NCBI GenBank assembly: GCA_000320545.1
Contig: ADNK01000618.1
Coordinates: 90,201 to 154,200 of the forward strand
From: Bigelowiella natans CCMP2755
Taxonomy: Eukaryota > Protista > Cercozoa
Reading direction: 5' to 3'
Length of the DNA stretch: 64,000 bases
Shown: positions 41,630 to 56,582 of the stretch, one piece after another
How the letters are laid out: each line of letters starts with the position of its first letter
Numbering within the stretch: position 1 is the stretch's first letter
The notes under the pieces: model-generated
Told to the model about the DNA's origin: nothing
Databases searched by the model: none
The model's input: only the letters and a program-made list of their open reading frames with translations
Made by a program: the position numbers and the translations under genes

Positions 41630-42175
41630 GTTGACTTCTTCTTGATTCTTGTTTTGACTGTGATTTCAACAGCTGCGAGTTAGTGGGGGGTGCAAGCTTT
41701 TGAGGAAGGAAGAGATTTTCCCGGCAAGAGGCGATTCGCCGTTGATTTCTGCCTCAAAATACTTTCTGTGCATGTCGTAAACATTAAAGGCTCAAACCGG
41801 TGCATTTCCGCCCGCTGGTTGGCCGAATGATCCGATGTCGCAGATGCGAAATGCCAAGTGTTTTCAACCTGTTGCATTGAATTGCCATTTTGTTTGTGCT
41901 TCAGCTTCTCATTTGTCACAAATATGGAAGTTGGAGCCAAATCGGTTCCAGAGATAAATGCCTCGTTGCCCCCACCACCATCATCATGTTTCCTCTCAGT
42001 TTCTGAGGAGCGAGTAGAGTCTAAAACTGCCCATTCGATGACAAAAAAACGATTGTCAGGTGAACTTCCTCAAATTTTGGCTCTCCCTTTGAAGTGCTAA
42101 CAGCATAATCTGACTCTCCCTAAATAAACAGTGAAGGCATGGAAGGGAAACGTTTCGAGTAAGCTGCAAAACCGA

Positions 42176-44098
42176 ATGAAAGCCCTCTCTTGGCGAGGGA
42201 GATATACCAATGAGGAATACTATCCCGCCGAAGTCCTGGGCAAAAGCTTTCGCGTTCTCCAGACTCCTTGTGGGGAGATGAAAGGTGCTAGTACTACCTC
42301 CTACCTAAGAAACATTTCTTTCTCCACACCTTTGGTCCGACAGATAAACTGACATGTTAGTTTGCTCCTCCTCCTCCTCCTCCACCTCCTCCTCGTTCTA
42401 TCTCCTTCTATGTCCCCCTCCTAGGTCTAGGTACAGGGAGTACTGTTTGGGATGGCGGACAGGTACATACGTGATGCAACCATTTCAAAATAACCCAGTA
42501 ACACACGGACAAGTGCCGTTGTAGCCGTCGTCTTATTGCGCTACCATTTCTTCTCTCTGTGTGCCTAGGTCTTGATGAAATTTATCGAGCACCGGTACAA
42601 AGAAAGTGGCCTGCAGGGGAAATCTGTGATCGATCTTGGATCAGGTCCTTTCGTCACCTGATTATTATGAATATTCATTTCTCTCCTGGCCAAAACCTAG
42701 CAAGTATATTAGCGATATTAATGATGTTACTACGGGCAGTGGTGTGTTGATGGTGATAACTGTCAACCTCGTAGTTTACAGCCTTGGTTGTTCATTCTTC
42801 TTACTTTGTCCAGGAACAGGCATTGTCGGCTTAGCAGCAGCTGTGCTTGGGGCTGATCGTGTCGTACTTACGGGTTATCGTACACCACCATTGTTATCGT
42901 TTTTTAAAGTTAGCGATTTTCTTCTCCTTCTTCTTCTTCTTTATTTTCTTCTTCTATATTTTCTTCTTATCTCAATCTCTGGTTCAGACCAGAAGCAAGT
43001 ATTGCACATAGCACGAGAAAACGTGGCCAGCTGCGCCAAAGAGGTGAATGAGGAAGCGCAGCGGAAAATAATGATCTTGGTAGCGTGAACCACACAATCA
43101 ATTTGTGGTTTGTTAGGTTGGAGATAAGAGCATCCAGAAACGTGTCAGTGTTGCTGAATATGACTGGGTAATAGGATACTACTTTCACCCGAATTATGAT
43201 GAAATAGATAACATAATATGAAACATGTATGTGTGTGTGTGTGTGTGTGTTTGTGTGTGTGTGTATTTGTTTTGGTGGCTACTGAGACTGCTATGTATAT
43301 TCTTGCTGCCCATTATCTGAAAATAATCTGTTCCACGGCTACCGCACCATTGAATCTCTTTACAATTTCGATATAATCTGGTATTGAAAGGGAGATAAGA
43401 CGTCCTCGTCAAAACTTAGAGCACCGTTTGATATTATTCTCGTTGCGGACTGCATAGTAAGAAAGGCAGCTCTGCTCACAAGCGCTCACTCTAATACCAT
43501 CGACGCTATTACTTCCTGCTTCCATCTAACCGCTCATAATCAGGTTCCAAAGCTGTATCCGATGCAACCATTAGTGGACGCATTGCTAGAGTAAGTAGTA
43601 TACAGATCGTCATTTCGCCGTCATCGTTTTTTGTTTTACCGTGAATGCCCTGCGCCTATGTTTCTCTTCTCTCCAATTGATTAGGGTGTCAGGTAGTGAT
43701 AGCACGATTCTGATATGCTACGACCATCGAGTCAACCATGTCCTAGATCCAAGGTAGTATAAATACGAGACATCCCGACACAAAATATCCCACTTGGGTG
43801 GTGCTTTTCGCACAGATTCTTCTGAGTAACGTTTACCGAATGTGTGCGCAGAGTGAAGTTTCGGGAGTTGTGTGAAGACGCTGGGTTCTCATTTAAAGTA
43901 GTCCCACATTCTCAACATCATCCAGGTCACATGCCCTGCTTATGAAATGCATTTTGCAATAAGTGCCAAGGCAACCTGCTTGGTTCTCAATGTCGTTGTT
44001 AACATCTAACAGATTACGTCCTGGAAGAGTGTTCCATGTGGGAATTGAAGCTGAATTCTCGCAATAGTAATGGTTCGAAGCGGAAAGGAAAACAGTAA
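42176..44098 (+). CDS. METTL21-like lysine methyltransferase (Methyltransf_16)
   Basis: GLGTGSTVWDGG, LQGKSVIDLGSGTGIVGLAAAVLGADRVVLTD, YDWG, FDIILVADC across ~10 exons. Confidence 0.88.
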
Positions 44099-44448
44099 TG
44101 GGGCGTAGAGGTAGTGATGCTTGTGTTTCTTTGTTAGTGCGTTTGTGTCTACTTGTCACAAGCAGCAAAAAGAACCTCGAGTAGAGAGGAGAAAAATGAA
44201 ATTTTGTCACAGTTTATTGTCAGTGAAGATGAAACGTGTAAATTTGATTATTGAACATAGCTGAACATGTTAGAATGCGTGTCCAGGCGCTGCATGTACA
44301 CATCTAGACATGCGGCAGCACTTAGACCATGTGCGCATCCTGTACACGGTGCAATAGCATAACGCTAGCCAGTGCTGAATGGTGCTAGAACATGTCTAGA
44401 TGTACCCGGCAGACAAATTAACTTGTGCAAACATACAGATTTCAAAGA

Positions 44449-44536
44449 TGTGAGACGGATGTAATGAACATGTTAAATTTGGCTCCAAATGTCATCCTAA
44501 GTGGCTGTGTAAAGCTGCAGCTACGTACAGCGTTTA
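44449..44536 (+). repeat. copy of ~85-bp element
   Basis: tgtgagacggatgtaatgaa...gtcatcctaagtggctgtgtaaagctgcagctacgtacagcgt. Confidence 0.8.
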
Positions 44537-45038
44537 AATTGTACTTGTTTGTTTCTCTAGTTCTGTTACGATGTCAATATAGCTAGACATAGATGTGTTG
44601 TATATTTTTATAGATGTGCATATCACACATACACGTTGTGTCAATGTACGCATGACAAGTCATGCTAGCATGTGCGCAATGGATGCGGCACCCTATAGCA
44701 CCCTCCGTGCTAAGTGTTGCTACACGCACCAATCAAGCATGACCCGCCGTTGCAGCAGAGCTAGAGAGAGTTGCGTGCAAATGTGTGATCGAGTTGGACA
44801 TGCGCTGATTGTGTGCAGCTGCAGATGGAATGGGAACATTGAATGTGAACATGCGATGCGATCCATTTGTACTCAGACAGCAAGAAAATCGAATCCGCAT
44901 GATGAGCACACATGACGGTTGTGTGATTTTTGCTTAATCTGGCTAGCTTATGCACACATATGCTGTGTACATGCATGCCATGTAGCATAGCACAAGCAAT
45001 TGTTGATATCGCAGATGTTTCATCAAAAGAACCAACAA

Positions 45039-45211
45039 TTACCATTCATCATTTGGCATTTCTTCTTTGCCACCACCATCATCAGAATGTACTAGCTCTT
45101 CGTCGGCATGCAAAAGGGCTTCCGTCCCGGGCCAAATCAATCTCGAAGGATAGACAGTAAATTTTACGAGCAAACACACACACATACACACACACACACA
45201 TTTATATATTT

Positions 45212-45262
<51 letters not shown>

Positions 45263-46610
45263 TATCATTTTTGTAAACATGTGCAGAAACCTACCCACGA
45301 AGCAGCCTAACAAGGCCAAACACTCCAAGAACAAAGCTCATCGTTCCGGACAGCGAGTGAAAACGATCTTACAGTGGTGAGGGATATAAGTTCAATATCC
45401 GAGAGCCTTTACTAAAGCGAGGGGTGATAGCAGCAGATGTTTACAGCTAGCATTAATAATATAAGGAATCAGCTTAAACCTGATGAGAAATAGAACGCAA
45501 AGAACCGCCGAGCCTGATTTGTGATAGAACAATGTAATTTCATTTATGTGTACATCATCTATTTATGTGTGCGAGCGCGCGCGCGCGCGTGTGTGTTTGT
45601 GTGTATGTGTGCAATGACGCAACAAGTTTTGTTCTCCATTCGTGCATTACCATTCCCCAGTAGTCGTCGTAGTAAATGAGCGTGCGATCGAAGTAAGCTA
45701 CCATCTCAAAAGAGGTTGACAGCAGCAACATGGCTCCTACGTTCCATATTATTGTTCAAGAAGCAGCGAGGAATCAATCGCACGGACTTAACACTCCAGA
45801 ATCTAGCTGTAAAAACTACTGATCTTCCGTCAACTAGATTCAACCAAATCCTGTCGTTATTCCCTTCAGTATTCTCCCACACTCACCACGTTATTATTCT
45901 CCTATTCCTCCTAACATTATCATCACTACCCCCGAGTGCGAGATTTGGCGCAATCCTGTGAAATGTAGCCCATACCTTCATTGCCAGTCCTTATAACATA
46001 CATACAGAGAGAGGGAGGGAGAGAGAGAGAGAGAGAGAAGAGAGAAAAGGGATGGAGGGGGGAGGAGGGAGAATTATGAAGTTAGTGCACCGCCATCAAT
46101 CACCACAGAAAAAGAGACTGAGGGAATGGAAGCACAGCATCAACAGTAGAAAGTGATTTAGCAAGAAAAAGAAGAAGAAGAAGAAACCTCCGCAGTAGGT
46201 TATTACGCCCGTGAGAAATTGCATTCTAAGTCCCACGTACTCAAATTCAAATTCTCGCATCAAGAATTCAGCCTGCAAAAGCATCGTATTATCCCATTAT
46301 GTTGGTGAATAAGGTAGAGTATGTCTGTAAGAGCCTTGGGTTTCTATCTTACAGGAGATGGCGCCATTGGATTTAAACCTCCTCCCATCAATCTTAAAAA
46401 AGAAGAGGAAGAAGCAGAAGAAGAAGAAGAAGAAGAAGAAAGTGTTCATAAATAGCAAGAATACTTTGAGGAAGAGGATGGCTCTACACACACATACACA
46501 CACATGCACTAGATGGACTACTACTAGCATTTAGAATGCACTACCATCCACACAATAATCATATGTACTAAGAAATGATATAGGTCACAAATTATTCATA
46601 TGTGCAAGAT

Positions 46611-46657
<47 letters not shown>

Positions 46658-47037
46658 ACACAAGATCAAATGTATTGTTAAGTCATCTCATTTTGGAAGA
46701 TCTTTCACCTACTTCTCTTCACATTGTCGTCTCATAGCACATCATCATCATCATCATCATCATCATCTTCTTCTTCTTCTTCTCAACGACTTCACCACCT
46801 TGTTATAGCTGCTGTAGAGGAAAATACAACAAGAAGCTGCATGGCTCCTGATGGCAACAGTTGTTCCTCATTTATTCGTTGAACAACATATGAGGAGGAG
46901 GAGGAGGAGGAGGAGGAGGAGGAGGATATCAATGACTACAGTGCCGTCATGTTGTCGACAGACAGAATCAACAAACGGGATGTGTATAAGAGGAAATCAC
47001 GAGAATTACGCAAAACTCTACATTGGTAAATATGCAG

Positions 47038-47079
<42 letters not shown>

Positions 47080-48112
47080 CATAATATGTATTCTATATGT
47101 ACATGTTGATGGTCATTATGATAGCAACAATTTCACAAAACCAGTAGTGAGCATCAGCGTGGCGTAGAGAATCCTCAGTCTGTACATGTACCATACTCTT
47201 TTTCATCACCAATGCTATGTATATAATCACTACCGCTCTCAAGTGAACCTCCTATCGCTGCTACTAGGTATGCTTAAGATGGTGTAGGGGTGTGTTGACC
47301 GTGCTGCTAAGACTCTGTTTTTGTGAGTAGCGTCAAAGACGTCGCCGAGAGGACCGAAAAGCTGGCCTTGATAATTGTCATGCCCACACTTTATTCAGAT
47401 TCGAATATACTAGAATTGCATGGCCGTAAGTACACCACAAGCAGCCGATTCAAAGTCCATTGAAATAGTCTCATTTGTTGTTGTTGTCGTCATCCGTGTC
47501 GTATACCAAAGGTAAGTGTTGTAAAAGTAGGGCTAGCATAGCTTATCAAATAACCTTCATTAGCTATCGTAGGAAACATACCTAGTGCTGCCCCTGCTAA
47601 GACTGCTGCTGGGGTTCGCATATTGTCAAAGAAGTTGTATGCATCTTGCAAACAATCCTCCTGGAAAAAATAATTTTGATAATAATAATTATAATGATTA
47701 TGAAGATAATGCTGATAATGAACGCATTTACAAAATAGTTCATGTGTTGCGGTAAACCGACCTCTTTCCCAGGAAGAACTAGATGCAAAGCCTCTGCGGG
47801 AGATGGTAGCAGCATGTATAATGAAAGGAACAATGGAACAGCCGACAACGCCCACAATGATACGAGCCATCTTTTTTTTTGCGTGGACCTTATTATTTCT
47901 GCATGGTGGTTCTCAAAAGTGAGTCGCATGGATGCTGTAGAGACATGCGTCTTCTTGCCAGCTAGTTCCTTTGTTAATCTTCTTCGCCAAGAAGAATGCT
48001 GTTTTACGCTCTCATTGTTTTTGAAAAATCTTGTAGAAGGCTTCATCCTCGCCGATAGTATTTTACAACATTGATCTTTTCTCCACCGCATCTTATCAAT
48101 GCCCGCCGCCAT
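45039..48112 (-). CDS. multi-pass membrane protein of unknown function (algal-type family)
   Basis: Exons AYNFFDNMRTPAAVLAGAALGMF, EFLMREFEFEYVGLRMQFLTGVITY and SGTMSFVLGVFGLVRLLRG, with canonical splice sites. Confidence 0.65.
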
Positions 48113-48677
48113 CCCGAGTTTCGAGGAGGAGGCCAATGCAAAGGATGAAGGGAAATAAGTGAGAGACGGGGAGGATGGTCCTGTGAAGAGAGTTGTATCC
48201 ATCCGGGGAACACGCTGCATTTCGTTCGCTTCGTTCCGAAGGGGAGGGGTCACGATTTGATGGTGCTCTCCTTTTCCTCAACGTCTTGATCAGTTTGAAC
48301 CCCGTTTTATCACTGCGACACGAAATTGCCTTGTCGCCATGCTGATATCACTTCGATTCTGGCATGGAGGCTAAATATCGAAGATTGAAAACTCCGACGT
48401 CAGGCAGAAAAATATCCGGAAAACATCAAAACTCTCCCAACAATATTACAAGATGGGTCAGATTCAGAAACACATGTACAAAGAATTGCAAGTGGTGCTG
48501 GGCAGAAAACTCCACAGCGCACATGCTTCTGACAGGGTTTTTTTCCCCCCCAATTAAATAGATGTTAGTGCATGGCATTTTTCTACGACGTCAAAGAGTC
48601 AAAACATGTCGCAGCAAAGATCATCCCATCCATCCACGAACGCCCCCTACCCAGAAGACGATTCTCGTGGAAACAAA

Positions 48678-51037
48678 ATGCAGGGAGGAACGCGGCTGTT
48701 CCGGGCTATGGCCAAGGTTTTTGACCAGTGAATGCCTAGACTTACTAATATATGAGCTCTTTGACTGAATAGCGAAAATCCTTACTCAGCAGATCCGAAG
48801 TTATAGCAGCTTGCGGTACTACTACCTGCGCAAATCAGTCGCTAGGAGTTCAAGCACCGCTACAGTGGCTGCGGCCACCGCAGCCACTGTCGCAGTCGCT
48901 TCCACATTCCTTCTACAAAGTCACAGCCAAGTCGCCAAAGCAGGGGAGGAAGAGGTTTCGCATCTTTGATCTTGTTTATATTCATATGGTACATGCATGG
49001 TTGACGTTATCGGCTGCGAACATTTGAACTCGTGAGCATGAACGCAGTTATCCCATTAACCTTTGAACCTCATGTACTGTGTGCACAATCATGCTGTACT
49101 CCCTTTTTGCATTTCAGATATCAGAATCGAAATATGCGATGCCTTCAAACCCAGGGTAAACTCTTTTCTTTCTTGATTATTATCTAAAGTTATGCGATGG
49201 TCTCACGGACAAGCTACTGCTGTCGTACGAGTAGGTTGACGCGGGTGGTTGCAGATACTTTGGAGGAAATATGTCTATCTCCGACAGGTTTTGCATCGCA
49301 CTCAAGAATGATAAACCTTCGTAATGAGATGCTACTATTTCGCCCCAATACCCACCGTCCCATATACGCATGAGCAACCGTGCATTTTAAATTTTTTTTA
49401 TATATTTTGTTAGAGGACGTGTTTCTGTACTCCTTCACGAAGGAATGTCAGACATGCACAAAGCTCATGCCAGTGATAAACCAGCTGGCGAAGGTATTCA
49501 TTAATAAGATATAGTTCATGAGCTCACAGTGAATAGAAGAGAGCGTGTGTGCTTATTTCAGAGATGCAGCGGAAAACAATCTCCGCGAAATTTTCCGTGA
49601 ATTTCCCATATGTAAAAGTAAGTTCTCGGCCTAGCGTTTCACATCTTGAAAGGACCAAAACGTTATTTCTGTGATATTACACATCGCATAATACATTTCC
49701 ATCGTGAAGGTATTCGAGGATGAGAGTCACATCACGATCGGCATCATGGATGGAGACAAGAACTATAAAACGGTGGGTGCTAGTATCCAAAGAAGCAGCA
49801 GCAGTAGCAGTAGCAGCAGCAGCAGTAGTGATGATAGTAGAGTAAGTGAAAGAATCAAGTTCCTTCTGTTTCAGCTGTTGTCCTAATTGATATCAGGGTT
49901 TCTTCCCATCTGAAGTAGAGGAGTTCTACCCAATCCTGGCGTTGTACAAGGCGTCGCCATCAAAAACACCATCATCGTCACCGATGCACAAAACGAAGCC
50001 TTTTGTTTTCCCGGGTATACGATTATCAGTGTTCAGAATTACCCTGCCAACAGTTTATGAATGCTCCGCTCAACCTGTGTCTATTCTTCGATCGTTCTCC
50101 CAGAGAGTATAAGAATAATGGGTGTAGATATAGAGCGAACCTACCTAATAACACACGGTTTGATTCTCTGATAAGTTAATCCCTAATTTTCTCATCATCA
50201 GTTTCCTAACTGCTGCTACTGTTATATTATTTCATTTAGGAAAAAGCGCAAGCTGCTCGCAAATCGTTAAATTTATGCATAAGAATGGCGTCAGGTTCGA
50301 CCTTGACAAAGTTTTGGCTAAGTGCAAAGAGACACAGGAGGAAACCCGGGTTGTTATTGATCACATGCGTCCACACGAAATCATCAAGAATATAGAAAAT
50401 GTGTAACAAGATTACCTTGGTCAGATGGGCTTGAAGATGGTTGTTGACCAGCAGCTTGAAGAGGATTTAGCGAAGATATTTGTCGAAGGACCTTGTTCCG
50501 ATGAGTTCAAAGGTCTCATGCTGCTGTCAGTCTATAAAACGTTCTCAGATTGGACTGACCAGGTGGTGACGGCCAATGCTCCGATTTTTCTCTTTTCGTT
50601 TAATTTCCCCCCCCAACCAATTATTCTTCTTATAATCTCATGGTACGTGAGTGCGGGTGTATGTGTGCGCTTGCACATGCGAGCGCTAACGCGCGTTTGT
50701 GTATGGGTTAATAAAAATATGCACATTCTCTTTAGTAAGGTGCGGACCTTGCCGGTTAATTCATGACCAAATTCTCACAAATATATTTTCCTTCATTGAT
50801 TTTCTTTGAAGGATATGTCATTACAAGAGGAGCTTCAATCCCGGCGCGACGCATGCCAATCCAAGGATGAAACATATGCGTATTGGGACAGGGTAAATTA
50901 AAGCAAATAATATGCGGCACAAAATCGATCGAAATCAAACTAAAAATTTCAGCCGATTTATGAGCCATGGTTCGTCTTGTTTTTATTTATTTAAGGTCCG
51001 CAATTTTGCAAAAGGCCAGCTGGAGGATGATGAATAG
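48678..51037 (+). CDS. thioredoxin/PDI-like CxxC protein with mitochondrial-type N-terminus and Mia40-like C-terminal motif
   Basis: MQGGTRLFRAMAKQIRSYSSLRY..TVAAATAATVAVASTFLL..VAKA; TRVVADTLEEICLSPTEDVFLYSFTKECQTCTKLMPVINQLAKVF..ITIGIMDGDKN..YPILALYK; C-term EGPCSDEFK...DACQSK..YW. Confidence 0.75.
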
Positions 51038-51647
51038 AGATGTCTTTTTTCGCATGCGTCGTAGCGGTGAATTGGCGATCATTAAAATTACTAGCGTTAT
51101 ATCGGCAGGGATATCGTGCCCTTAAAGTTTGATTGTGAGAATCTCGATTGCATGGAAGTACGCTAGCATATCCATGATGATCTCGGTAGAGCAGTCAGCA
51201 TCGCCGCCATCGCGCACATGCGGCACAAATCTATCATCACCATTAATGTACTAGTAGTGTAGGCGGACTGCAATAATAAAGCTGCAAAGCTGGAAAGGCT
51301 GCTATGAGACACGTAGCGTATATACGTATATAGTAAATGCAATAGTCTAGTAGTGTGTATTTGTGTATTTACATCATGCACATCGTGTGCTCTGCAGTGT
51401 CTGTGCGCATGGTGGCGCAGCCGGGCATGCTAGCTAGCTAGCTAGGTAGCATGTTGCACTAGCTGTGTGTGATGGACAACATTACACATTGTATAATTGC
51501 GCGTGCACATGTATGTCACATCGTGTTGTCATTCATTTGCGTTGCCTCACGATGCAGCTGCGTACGTGGCGTGCACAATAGAAGAGACAAATAGACACGC
51601 ACAACCTAAGTGCCGCGTAGCTGCTGCTGTACTGCTTTGTTGCATAG

Positions 51648-51718
51648 CAGCTACGTACATTGGGATGATGACTACATTGAAAAAGATTTGATAATTTCAT
51701 TACAGCATCCTTCTCACG
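51648..51718 (-). repeat. degenerate copy of ~85-bp element
   Basis: cagctacgtacattgggatgatgactacattgaaaaagattt...ttcattacagcatccttctcacg. Confidence 0.65.
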
Positions 51719-52953
51719 ATGCAGTAGTGTCCATGGCGGCATCGATAGCTGCGCATCACAATTTAACAAGGGATGTATCCGTCTGTGTTATGCATAGTGT
51801 CAGACTCTTCGATAGATTCATGTGCTATGTCCCAGGTTTAATGAGCGTATGCACAATCTAGCAATGTAATATAAGTATGCAATGCGCATGCTCGCTTGCA
51901 TTTATGTACATGAGAGAGTAATGTATCGCTAGCTTGCGTTGTTAATTCGTAAGATACAAGATTAATGAAAGCCGAAGGCAACTGAAGATGACTGCCATTC
52001 CGCTTCGAGTGGACGCTGGCGCACGACAGGGGGGGCGACTTGGTTCTTAGGGCCAAATCTAGCGTGTCGTGCTTGATAATTGACGAAGCAGTTGAATGGT
52101 AACTTTATCATTTCATTGTGCGCTTGTTTGAGTTGTTGATGACGAGAATATTGGACAGTTGACGAGATTTGTTAAGACGTAAATGTTTGGTGTTTATTTG
52201 GATTGTGGTTCACACCACATCCACTACCATATCCATGAAGACAGAAACAACATCGAACAATGCTGATTCTCCTTAGGGACGGGCAGCACTTAGTAATTAA
52301 TCAGCTCTTGACCCTGCTCTAATTGCGGTTTATCGCCTCTTTGGCCCGCTCCTAGCGAGCAAGTCAAGATATTTATATAATTTTGTCGGTGCTCAAACAC
52401 AGTAGGAATTATCTCCTAATTTGGTTGATTATGTACTTTCTTTCAAAGCTGTTAAATGGAACAGCGACTCTAAGCTAATTCAGACTTTTTTTGGGAAGTT
52501 GTGTTTATAGAATTTTCCCCCGAACTAGCTCGAACGAGTGATTGATTTCTCACCCTGTCGCTTCTCTACCAACAATAAAATTTACTTGCCTCTGGCTTTC
52601 CAGTTCTTTCTTACATTTATTCTCACAAACATAATAGATTTAAAGATTACATAAAGAATAATAACTATATATTACTACATATCTGATTCATTTCGAGATT
52701 TTCAAAAGAATGGTGTATAGATTTTATCCCAAAAACAGGATAGAGTCGTTATGCAAATTACGGAGGTAATGAGATGGATACACAAATATTATATTGAGAT
52801 ATTGTGTATGTATTCATATTATAAATATATATAACTCAGGGAATGTAAGAGTATCTCATCTATGTTGAGGATATTCCCATGTTTTATTTTTCCAAGCGGG
52901 ACATTCGGCATGGTCCTCATTGTCCTCTCTCCCCCGCTGGCCAGCAATGTGAC

Positions 52954-55112
<2,159 letters not shown>

Positions 55113-56014
55113 ACTTCGTTCAAAATTACTGTTTCCTGAGACAGAATGCATGAACGTAAGAAAAGAAAGTAGTAGTTTAATTTATTTAAATTGGAAGTAA
55201 AATTTTATGAGGCCAGAAAATTCCAGTATTTTGAATGCATCCGTGACTCCACGACCTCCCCCTTCTTCACCCCAGTGCAGTATCAAATAGAACATAAAAA
55301 TATGTATTCTTGAGTGAGTGTAAGAAATGTTGTAGTCCCCAATCAAGGAGAGAAAAATGCTCAAGGCAATGTGCGACCTGCTTCACTTTGGTTTGTGCCT
55401 TTCTCAATGCGTGGTGGGCTAATTAAGATTGAAGACAAAATTCCATGGAATGATAGACTCCGTGTAATCTATCCATAACTAATAATAAAATGTTGTCGTT
55501 ATACTAAATTATAATATGATTTAGATATAATAATGAAATAGTTTGGTGACGGAACTGAAAGCATGAGAGCTAGTCTTGTCTTCTTTCAAACTAACAACTC
55601 TTCTCGGATACGGTGACTTTTACTAAATCTTAGTATGAATTTTATAAGAGACGCAGATATATGCATGTCTTTGAACAAAACCAGAGTTTCTTTGAATTAT
55701 AAGAGTCAAATTAAGAACGATGTTGAACTGTGATAGCACTATTTTTATTTCTAAAGATGATAAAATTGTCTGTAATTTACCCATTCTCGAAGAATATATG
55801 GAATATATTCGAACTAAATGGCGAACAGCAGATTAATTCTGAGAGTCTTCAGAGGCAACAAAATTCATTTCCCTCCTCGAAAGGCCGTAAGCCGCCTTTT
55901 TCAAGCCGCTACGGAGCTAAGAAAGTTATTATGTCCATATTTTTTTTTCTCCGAACATGAATTGTCTCCATTTATCATTGAACACACAACAAATTTCTTA
56001 GAATCGAGGAAATT

Positions 56015-56097
56015 ACTGCTTCAGAGTAGAATCAGCAAACGAAGGGCTGTGAACACTTCCGACAACTCGGCTCCCGGAACCTCATCATCATTCTTTC
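56015..56097 (-). ncRNA. candidate box C/D snoRNA in the presumed 5'-UTR intron of DDX3
   Basis: Minus strand reads ATGATGA (box C) ... CTGA (box D) about 65 nt apart, with a weak GGAAA/TTTCC flanking stem. Confidence 0.3.
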
Positions 56098-56582
56098 CGT
56101 AAAGGAAAATGGAGGCAATTTATACCATTTCTATCATCCCAAAACGGGCTGAGAAATAATTTTTGAGAATTTAATCTTCCTACAGGATTGACCTATACTT
56201 TTACTCAGAGACAACCACATATTCCTGGTTTTGGCATATGTGGGAATGAAAAGAGTTTCCCGCAAAATTTGTCCAACCGCGCTCCGCTGTGACAGTACCC
56301 CTTTACTACTTCCGTTCTGATTGACTTCCCAAGCACAATGTCTCGTCGTATCACCCGATCTGCACGCAAGGCTCTTCGTGAGGATGATCCTGAAAAAAAG
56401 TTCACAGAGTAAATGCAGAATTTTCTTTCGCGGATGATATGTGACATGTAAATACATTCACACACATGACAAGCAATGCACGTTGTTTTTTTGAACAGGC
56501 TAAAGGACCCCGTTCTCGTCAATAGGGAAAAAAAGAAGACGACTCTGGGGAAATTTAAGTAATCCGTAAGAAGATTGTCCAG

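Noticed and set aside
26852-44098. Two Methyltransf_16 genes as a functional cluster
   Set aside because: They belong to different subfamilies and lie 12 kb apart with unrelated genes between them.
3690-51718. CRISPR or prokaryotic defence interpretation of the repeats
   Set aside because: The copies are dispersed and degenerate, there is no repeat-spacer periodicity or cas gene, and the context is eukaryotic.
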